A model generated the notes under the pieces. That model did no database searches. It saw only the letters and a list, made by a program, of their open reading frames with translations, and was not told the DNA's origin. DNA of 64,000 nucleotides. It comes from Antedon mediterranea (taxonomy: Eukaryota > Animalia > Echinodermata). Shown piece by piece: positions 51,100 to 61,900 of this stretch. Position numbers and translations under genes: made by a program. The stretch is from positions 806,001-870,000 of the forward strand of contig NC_092672.1 of assembly GCF_964355755.1 (NCBI RefSeq), in the 5' to 3' direction. Numbering within the stretch: position 1 is the first letter of the stretch; each line of letters starts with the position of its first letter.

Positions 51100-52409
51100 A
51101 TACCTTTCTTGTAATGTCGAAAATGTATTATTTCAAATCATGGAGGAATTATCAAATATTATTCTATATTTTGCTTACTTCTATTACAACATTTAGATAA
51201 ATGTTTATCTTTTTAATTTTAGATATATATCATTGTATCTTAGCGGTGAAAATTCATCTATATTTCATTCATTTCATCTTTTATTTTGGAAAAAAGAATA
51301 CAGAGTACAAAATTATCCATAGCTCAAGAACAAATTGGTGGTTATCAAGTAATTATGTGTTCTGATTTGATAATTGTATCTTATTTTGTTCTTTTTTCTG
51401 AGTAAGCTAGGGGGTTGGTTTTGAGAAGAAATAATACGATCAATAGGTTAAAAGATTATTGTATTAAACAAATTGATTCAAAAAACTGAGGAAAGATGAA
51501 TGATAAAATAAAGAGGGCGCATACGTTTTAAAACAATATATTATAATAAAACCTTAACATTGATTGATTCAAACTATAAACATTTTCCTTAAAAAATGTA
51601 GGCCTATATATGAGGTAGTAGTCTAAGTACTTCAAAATGAAACTATATTTTGGCATACACGGCGTGTCATAATAATACTTAAGACGGAATAAAAATTAAA
51701 GCATAACGTAAAAAGAAGCTTTAGTCCAGTCAATCTACGGTGTAAACCCCCAAAAGTAGACAAAATTGCAACAAAAGATTTTTTTTATTCAATTTAAAGT
51801 TAATTTTACGATAAAAAACATACAAAAAGTCTACCAAAATCGGACAACTGGAAAGTTGATAAAAAGACAATAAATCATAGCACTATTTCATTAAAATATG
51901 TTCGTATTCGGCGTAGTAATATTGTCATAAATTGTTGTCTCTGATTTGTCGAATAAGTTTTGTGCTGTGTTGTTGTTACGACGGAAATCAGATATTCCCC
52001 AACAAGTAATGACTTTAAATCTTGTAATCAGGTAATTTATCTTTTTTTTTCATAATTCATAATTTTAAAAGCAACATTTAATCTTTCATTAACTATTTAA
52101 ACGAATGCGACAATGTAAATTAGTCTTAGTAGATACGTAAAGAGGGACATAGCATAGGGAGCGGGGATCTACTTGCGATGTTGTTGAAAAACGTTACGTC
52201 ACACTAATTTGCGTGTACTGATGTAGGCCTCCGCTTGTCGTACCACCTACAGACACGTGAGACAAACGGAGGTGGTGGGCCGGTGGCACCCCGTCCGTGT
52301 AGCTAAAAGAAGACCGCCGATGTAGGGGATGATACTAAAAACGATCTTAAATTTACTGTCATTTCAGCCTACTCTGACTAGGCGTGAAAAGATAAAATTC
52401 GGATATTAT

Positions 52410-52549
52410 TACTTGGTTTCCCGCGACCTTGACCAACGTAAGCGCGCCGCAAGCAAAAATCAGTACGCGATGAATCATCCAAACTGTCGCTTGTGATTGG
52501 TCAACTTATTGTGTCCATGCCGTTGCATGTGAGTGGGAACCAATCTTTA
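52410..52549. mobile_element. MITE family B copy
   Basis: Ends in gtgggaaccaatcttta. Its core gatgaatcatccaaactgtcgcttgtgattggtcaac is the reverse complement of about 58720-58757. Confidence 0.6.
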
Positions 52550-52786
52550 GAAGTTTGGTGGCAAGTCTTAGGAGATAGGCCTACAGTATAATAATAATAA
52601 GTTAATACGTTTCTTTTATCAATGTTATTAATTCAATTAAAACCATAGCCGACAGAAATTATTGTATTGGCACACAGTCGTTTTAAATTCACCACTTTTA
52701 AATTTAGACATTTTTTAATAATATAAAAAAAGAAAACAATAAAAATGATGGAAACTGTTTATCCAGAAAATAAATGTTCGGTTCAT

Positions 52787-52931
52787 TTAGTATTCCTTCC
52801 ACTCTTTGAGGTTAAGTCTTGGTATCTTGCCAGTATTGGAGCATGATACTCTTTTGTTGGCGGGTTCTGGTTTAGGAGGTCTTGGAAAGAACGGTCCAAA
52901 GTAGTGGAATTGTGGTGCTTCAGTTGGTTCT
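52787..52931 (-). CDS. Peroxidase exon 12 (terminal)
   Basis: Acceptor ttcttctttttgtag|, REPTEAPQFHYFGPFFPRPPKPEPANKRVSCSNTGKIPRLNLKEWKEY*. The N.RVSC...IP.LNL..W ending is typical of the family. Confidence 0.88.
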
Positions 52932-55900
52932 CTACAAAAAGAAGAAACATTTTGGAATTTGTTTAATGATCAGTTTTTGTCGGAAATCTCTACGTTTTTG
53001 CCTACGTAAAGCTCTGTCTGCACTATCAAACTAGTTAGACAAAAAATGTGTGATTTGCCCAAATATGGTTGTGATGTGCCCAAATAAGAGATATGACATC
53101 ATCATGTCCATGTTTTTGTCACAATAAGTTTGATAGTGTAGACAGAGTTTTACTCTAGAGCGCGATTCCCACTAGCAATGTAAGACGTAACCACCGCACC
53201 ACAAGTAGGCCTACAATCACTGTTAAGATTGGTCAATTAACTTGCGTTTTGCACCTACGTCGTTGCGTTCCGTCCGAATCAAGTTTATGTCTCCTCCTAC
53301 CATGAATCGTGAGTTCTGATTCGTACAGTTCCGATTCGTACAGTTCGTGTAATTTTGAATAATCTCTGCATTACACGCACCCTCCGCTATATAATCTGAC
53401 ATCTATGTCTCCTAATAGGTCCCCTCTATATACTGATTTTGTACACTTACCTTATATGGCCAACAAATCCTTCATCAGGCTCTACTAATACTTTTGGTTG
53501 GATGCGGGCGACGTTATCTAAATTGTCACAGATGATTCGGGCTAAAGATGCCTTTCGTATCTCATCGACTTGATCTGTGTAACCAAATAATGCAAATAAT
53601 TTTTTTAGTGTTATAATCACAAGGAAGATACAATGAATGAGTACGGGGCGCCGTCCGACACACTACCTACAAACCATGATTTGTAAAAGACTGTGGGTTG
53701 TAAAAGGAAACCATGGTCAGTTGTCTTTACAAACAAACATACAAGCAATGGTTAGTCTTTTACAAACCATGGTTCGTAGGACAGAATAGGTAGCGTTTCG
53801 GACGGCGCCCAGTAGGTTGAAGTGCGTTTATTTTCGCGGACATTTCAAGAAACAGTTAGTGTTGAAGCGGTTACCTTGTGAGGCAACATACATAAACCGA
53901 CTATAAGTGAAAAAGGCTAAAATGAAAATACACTAACCTATTGTAAATGCTCCAACTGTTCCTTTATTTTCAAACCAGAATCGGTCGCCATGTTTTAACT
54001 TGTTAAACTGTACACCAATGATACACGCAAGTGTACGGCCGACAGTTGCTCCAGACTGGGGAGTTTCAGCCGTTCCACCAATAAACAGGTCGATGTCATG
54101 AACATTCCTGCAAAATTAATATTGTGTTTCAATAGTTCGGCCTAATATTAGCAAAAAGAAAACATTTTGGCACACATGGCGTGTCTTACCTATACCAACA
54201 GAAATACAAACGCCCGCTGGTGGCGCTCGTATAGAGGAACAATTAACAATGTATCACAAAAAACTAGATAGGCCAACTGCTTACAACCAAACATAGAGGA
54301 TGCTATCATTAAACAAGAAATATTTCTTACAAAAAACGCTGCTCGCTTATTGAAAAATATTTTTTATTTCAAATGTTTTTGAATGTGTCATTTTATTGTC
54401 ACATAATAGATACGGTAGTTATTTTACCTGAAAAAATGTAATTTAAAGCAACAAATACTTAAATTGTCTGTCAGACAATGGTTTTTGGGTTTCTTTTCAT
54501 TTTTTACTGTATATGTGAATAAATATTACTTTTTTGTTACAGAAGTGAATACTCAATTTCTGTCACTTTAGTTAATTTTATTGCTAAGGTTAAATCTGGG
54601 GGTCACTTCATCACCCTAGATATTTCAATTGTGAAGTATCCTATTACAAACACAAACTTTAATGGACTGTTTCGATAATAATTCAATGAATATCTGACAC
54701 TGACAGTGAATATAGGGATTTGTAATTTTAGCATGACATGTCCTAATAGACTCTTTCCCAGCCGTTTTTTGGGTCTACTGTAGCAGCTGGAATCAATAAA
54801 TCATAGTGGAGTTTCCATTTTCACAAAACTGTCTGTCCTTAGAACTATAACTGCTGCTTGCTTTAGCTTCTGATTGAGTAGTCCTAATGGGACGTAGCGG
54901 GCTAGAGCAGCAGCGTGAAAAAAAAACATCTACTGTATATGTGTATAGTGCTATTTAAACAAAAATCGGTCGTTTCGAAAAAAAAGTGGGTCATTTTGAA
55001 GAAAATTTAGTTGAACAAAAAATCGGAAATACCATGGAGTTACTCCATGGAAATACAGACGTTTTTTTGTTAAAAAAATAACTTATAATGCAACCCGCTT
55101 GTTTGGCTACTCTGTATGTATAATCATAACACTTCCTCGCGATCTATATGAAAATATGGAACGCCTCCTCTGCCTTCAGTTCACATTTGTCATGCAGTAC
55201 ACACCAATGGTCATGCAATACACACCAATCGTCATGCAGTACACACCAAACATCATGCAGTACACACCAATCGTCATGCAGTACACACCAATCGTCATGC
55301 AGTACACACCAATGGTCATGCAGTACACACCAATGGTCATGCAGTACACACCAATCGTCATGCAGTACACACCAATCGTCATGCAGTACACACCAATCGT
55401 CATGAAGTACACACCAATCGGCATGCAGTCAAATATTGCGTAATTTATACCGCCACCTATCGACAAAATCGAATATCACGTGACGTTTATTAGACGGCTG
55501 TAAAACTAGGCTATTCAAACATTATACTACAGCAACCCACGCTGTCTACTACTACACCGCACGTGCTTTATGACTAAAATGGCTGGAAAAACTATTAAAT
55601 AAATCTGGGAATCTATAGGACGTAAAGCACGTGCGGTGTAGTAGTAGACAGCGTGAGTTGCTGTAGTATAAAGTTTGTATATAGCCTTAGTTTTACAGCC
55701 GTCTAATAAAAGTCACGTGATATTCGATTTTGTCGATAGGTGGCGGTATAAATTACGCAATATTGGACTGCATGACGATTGGTGTGTACTGCATGACGAT
55801 TGGTGTGTACTGCATGACGATTGGTGTGTACTGCATGACCATTGGTGTGTACTGCATGACCATTGGTGTGTACTGCATGATGTTTGGTGTGTACTGCATG

Positions 55901-58900
55901 ACGATTGGTGTGTACTGCATGATGTTTGGTGTGTACTGCATGACGATTGGTGTGTACTGCATGACGATTGGTGTGTACTGCATGACCATTGGTGTGTACT
56001 GCATGACCATTGGTGTGTACTGCATGACCATTGGTGTGTACTGCATGATAAATGTGAACTGAAGGCAGAGGAGGCGTTCCATATAATGCATACTCGTGTT
56101 TTGAAATCTTTGTTTACTTTCGCTGGCAGCGATTTTCCAGGAAATTTAATCAAAATAATTTACCTGTTAATTACGTAAACTTGTTGTTTTTGGCTCAAAT
56201 TTTCGACTTAAAGTGAATAACTTTATTATTACTTTGATATGGCCAATTTAAATTTAGAATATTTTGACCCTCATTTTTTGTGCTTCAAGGGACAATACAT
56301 CTTTAACATATTTATTGTTAAAACTATGTTAACAAAATGAATGTGTTAAGAAAGAATACGTTAATAAAAATGAATACGTTAAGAAAAATACGCTAAGATA
56401 TGAATACGCTAAGAAATGAACATTTTAATGAATATGGTAAGTTATGAATCATTAGGAAATGTCATTATGAAATGAATATATTTTTGTAATAAAAGAAAAA
56501 ATAATTAACAAGAATGATATGCCGATGTGTGTTGTTTTATTTATTCATTCATTCAATAAGTATTAATTAGTATGCTTACGTGTATAACTGTTGCAGTTGA
56601 CCTATAAGCTCGTCGTCTATTTCAGGTCCAAGATCTTGGAAATTGCGAATCTGTTTCCCGAAGCATTTAAACACAAGAGCGGTATAACTTGGGATGCCAT
56701 GATCTCTACCACGTTGGATGTTTATCGATATCAAGTCGTTACCAGGTCTGATGAAAAAAACCTCAGATTTTTATACTTTTCAAGATCGGCAAGAATTTTC
56801 ACGAACTTCAGTAATTTTAGTCTTCTGGTAAACTAGTTTAGAAAGCAACGCAAGGACGCAAGTAATTTGACCAATAAAGACGCGATTGATCATCCATACT
56901 GCGCGGATGTCATTGGTCATTGCGTTGCACCAAGCTGCAGACTCTAATCTAAATATGTACTTACCCACCGGCGGGTTCGGCAAACAAATGGTTTGAGACA
57001 TGCTGTGTAAAGAAGTTGTCAACTTTCATGACTGGTGAGGCAGTCAACCCAAGAGTTATGGAATCCATTCCACCTTGTGCAAAGTTGAATAAATGCGTAG
57101 CATTGAAGAAAACGTCACTGAGTTCCAATGAATCGTACGCTTCGTTAAACTGTTCGTCGACACGGATGAATGAGGGCGGTATCATACTGTGGCCCATACG
57201 GAAAGCAGCTGTCGAAAACTCATTTAGGATTGTGACGTCTTCGGTTCGATCATAGTGATTAAGCGAGCTTCCATGTGCAAGTGGATACAAGTTGTAACTA
57301 CTTGACATTTTTGAGCCAATGATTAAATGTATATATTCATTGTAAACTATAAATTGCCACATTGCAATCAATATTCGTCTTGTTTCTTGATACAGGCGTT
57401 CTGAATCCCAGTGAGGGTTTATTGTGGATAATTCTGTCGCAATCCGGTTGTGCTCACGAAGGAACATAGTATGTAGTGATGTCAGGCCAACCTGCTCGGG
57501 TGCTCGGAAGTCACCAGCTAGGCCACATTTAATATCGCCATCTTCAAAGCACATGGAGTTATCATGGTCAAATGGAAGATAATCTTTTCTTGCGGGATAT
57601 TGTGGGTTTGGTGCAGTACGCAAAAGTCCTATATCTACATGCGAAATAAAATAATAATGTTTAGTCTTTCTTTGCTTTTTGTATACAAGTGCACAGAATA
57701 GCTTCAAATCGTATTTCCAATCGTTTTATACAATTTTGAGCATTTTGCTAAAACTGTTCTTATTGAAATATAAAAGTGCCCCAAATAGCAACAAATCGCA
57801 TTTGGCAACGTTTACATTTTGGTTGGACCATCAATTCAAATTTGTTGAGCTTAACCTTTACTGTTGCTGCAACTAGGCTACTAATAATATAATAATTTTT
57901 CAATAGGCCTATTTGTATAGTTACATTGAAAAGTTTAACAATGTTTTATAAGCATTGTTTAAGCATAGATATAGCTTTGTATATAATGTACTATAGGATT
58001 ATTGTAAAGATAAGCTAAAAGAATAGCAACACATCGCATTTGGCGTTTACAATTTGGTTGGACCAACAATTCAAATTTGTTAACCTTTACTGCAACTAGG
58101 CTACTAACATAATCATTCTTCAGTAGGCCTGTTGTATAGTTAAAAACTTTAACAATGTTTTATAAGCAGTGATATGCCTTTGTATATAATGTACTACAGG
58201 ATTATTGTAAACTTAAAGATAAGCTAAAAATCTACTATAAATAATTTAGATATAGGCCTAAAATAATTTAAGATATTTTAGAGAAGAATACTCAACCAGA
58301 ATGTTGGTCTCTAACAGCATTGATGATGTCATCAGAAGTTCCATACACCATGGAGAGGTCAATGTAGGAAGATATGATGTTCTGTTGTTCCTCGGGATGT
58401 TCTTTACAATCGGCGCGCTTTACTCGTCGGGATCTTGTAAAATGCAGACATTTCTTATTTCGGAAGTAGTAGTCGTCTTTAAGGATAGGAATCGGGAAAC
58501 ATTCACCATGTGTTTTACAGCTCGTGCAAACAGTTACTAAAATATTGACACAGATCATTAATTATACAAATAAATTTCAGAGATAATTCTCACTTACTCT
58601 ATCAATGTTATGCGCGCACGTGCGTCAAATTGCATGTCTTTTTAAACCTTTGTTCCCACCTCGTAAAAATTGTTGAAATACATAAATAAAATAAATAAAT
58701 GTAGGCGCAACGTACATGAGTTGACCAATCTAAAGCGACAGTTCGCATGATTCATCACGTCGTCAACTTACTTACGGCGCGCATACGTTTTTGCGTTGTG
58801 TCCTTGTGGGAAACAAGTTTACGGCGCCCATCCCATACGTCGTTTTTGCGTTGTGTCCTAGTGGGAACCAAGTTTACGGCGCGCATCCCATACGTCGTTT

Positions 58901-61900
58901 TTGCGTTGTGTCCTAGTGGGAACCAAGTTAACGGCACGCATCCCATACGTCGTTCTTACGTTGAGATTAAAGATTATTGGGATTCTGCCATGGAGATAAA
59001 GTTTAAGGAGATGAAGTTTAAGAAAATAAAGTCCAACATTACACCAAGGCAGATAAGGATACGTTTGAAATTAAGGCGCCGCTTGACTTACATTTTTCTG
59101 GAGACAGGGCAAAATCGTGATCCAGAAACTGTCCAAATGACATCAAAAGTGCTGTATGTTTCTTGCTAGCGGGACTTTTTTTCACAGTTATTGTTGAGGT
59201 TATTTTTCTTGCATTGGGGAGTTCTGAACCATCAGTGGCCCGTCGTGGTGCATTAATATTCTTACTACTACCTTGCAAAGCAAAAAAACAAAAAATAAAT
59301 AAATAAAATGACAATGACAACTTTTTTTATTTTCTTTGTAAATAAAGTAGATAAATAAACGACAAAATTAACATTTATAATTACGAAAAATTGATTTAAA
59401 CAAAGAAAAGCGGAAAATTCTTGAAGCAGATGCTTATAAAAGAAAAAACCTCATTTAAATATAAAATTCATTAATAAATCTAAATCAGCTCAAAATTATA
59501 ATTTCATAGAAGTTTTCAAATAAAATACTGCATTTAAACTAAGCAAACAAACAAACAATTTAATTTTTATTTTGATCTATAAAAGAAGAATGGGTTTACG
59601 AATTACTTTCTGAAATCAAATGCATAAGAATGGGTTTACTAATTACTTTATCATATTATATAATTTTCTAATAGATGTTTTTTATACAGTTTTCTAAATA
59701 CATGAACATTTGTGGAGTTTTTAAATTCAACGGAGAGTTTATTCCATATTGATTGATTGATTGATTTTATTCGATATTCATACATAAAAGTTAAATATAC
59801 AATGTATAAAAGAGAATACCTGGATAACCCATTAAGTCGACAAAAAAGTAAACTTATTTCCAATGGGGTCCAATCCGTAATGACTGAAAAGTGAGTGGTT
59901 GGGCCTAGTACAATTATCATTAAGTATGACTCAGTTTGTTTGTTTCAACGCAGTTTTCCTTAAATTGGTATTAAAATGTTCATAGATAAATAAATTGTTA
60001 TGTATTTAATTCTTTTTTTTTTAAATCTTGAAATGCTTCATAGTAAAAAATACAGATTTGTAGGCCTATTAATTACCAAATTTAAATACAAGAAACAGGA
60101 GTTAAAAGAAGTTTTGAATTTCCAACGTTCGTAGGCCTACTGTACTCACCATCTCCATAAGCTGGAGGCAATAACCTAGCCAAAGGGCCAATTGCTTTCC
60201 CCCAATTTGGGTGAAGTAGATTATTACAAGAACCATCGAAACTACGATATGTTTGGTCTCCTAAACAATCATCGGGTGTCTTGTCATACCCATTCTCTGG
60301 ACATAGGCCAGGAATGGACGGAACGAGGTTTGGATCGACTGGTTCAAATCCAGGTGGATGCTGTCTTAATGTAAAAGAATTAAATACATGTGTTAATGTC
60401 AAAACTTATTTATTTTTTTATTTATTTACTTATTTATTTACTTATTTATTTGTACAGTTATCTCTATTAATGTTTTTATGGGGTCACTGCTTTAAGTCGA
60501 TTTTCAGACTTATTTTGACCACAATTAATCCACATTTACTATGAGAATGTATATTAAATGTGGAAAACAGTAACAAACAAACAAATAAACAAGTATCAAC
60601 GATTTCAACAAAAAAGGTAAACAATATTAACAGTATCCTTGAATTTAATAATATTAATTTCTTTCTACTTTCTCGCAAATTTGACACAACAACAAATTCT
60701 TGCCTGAAAAACAAGAATATTCAGTTCTGATTTAAAGTGGCCAGAAGTTTTTTGATTTGTTTTAGGAAACACAGAATATGAAAGAGTAATTTACGTATGG
60801 CGTGCCCATTTTCAGGATTTCATGTCCATATGGTATAAAGCTATAAGTGTCAAACTTAAGACCCAATTTACGTTGCCATTGGTATTCATAAAAATCTAAT
60901 TCCGGGTGTTCATTTTGTTATTTAATCAACTAAATATTTTAAGTGGTTTATGCATGATTATGAAAATATGACCCAATTTTCAAAATCACCTTCATGGGTT
61001 CATCAATTTCGTCATAAAAAGAACAAAAATAAGTGAATTCATTCACGGGAATCCAAAACGTTGACTAATGCGCATGCGTATTAATACTGTTTCATCTACA
61101 TTTTGTGACGTGAAAAATGCGTAACTAATCAGAAGTGCAGAATATTTGATTCCCGCGAATAACACCGAAAACAGGCGCGCGTTAGGATGAAACAAAAGAA
61201 GCAAGCATACAATGTAACAGATAGACCTAATTACAGTTTTGAATGCATCATTATTAAATGTCTAATGTCAAATATCTGTACAATGTAATGAGAAGATCTC
61301 AAGTTAAAACATACCTCTTATTTTGTCCTAAATCTGCTTCTATTCTGTTGATTTCTTCAACTAAGAAAAAAAGTAATTAAAAGTTAGATTTTACTATGAA
61401 CAGAGTTTTATAAAACGAGTATAGTGGCTAAAGAATATAACAATCCTGAGGACATATTGAAAAGGATTTGATTCACATTAGTGTTTGATTATTTTTCCAT
61501 TTTATTCAGTGGAACTTTTGATCAAATCAATAAGGTACACAATGTTAGATAATAATAAAGAATTTAAGTTCTAATAAATAACTGTTGAGAAACTCAACAG
61601 TTCCTTTCAGAATTAAATATACGTGGTGTACCGCAAACTTATATCAACATTGATATCGACATGCAAACCTTATTATTGTCATTATATTACATAAAAATCA
61701 CGATTACATTCGTTATGTTTCTTATTTAACCTGTTTTACAACTCAGTTTATTAAACAATCTGGTCGGGCCTCGTCGTCTGAGTTGGTCTTAATGCATACC
61801 CTCAGAAAACACAGCTGACGGTGGTTGATGCAATATTTCGAAATGTATTATCGGATGACGGCATACCGTAATAAATTGCGAAACATCAAACAATGGGTTA

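Noticed and set aside
52220-52320. HDV-like ribozyme
   Set aside because: Could not assign P1/P1.1/P3 with the required L3 sequence; kept only as an unexplained structured island.
55099-56178. Seven repetitive ORFs (MQYTPIV, HDDWCVL, CSTHQSS)
   Set aside because: Products of the 21-bp arrays in the foldback arms inside a peroxidase intron.
60484-60714. Strong acceptor ttcttgtttttcag at about 60704 and a 76-aa ORF as a peroxidase exon
   Set aside because: No good phase-compatible donor, intron-like composition, and not needed for the reading frame.
61730-61830. Possible extra peroxidase exon
   Set aside because: Phase-1 readings from the nearby AGs hit stops, the segment lies inside a TIR-bounded element, and exons 2 and 3 join in phase without it.
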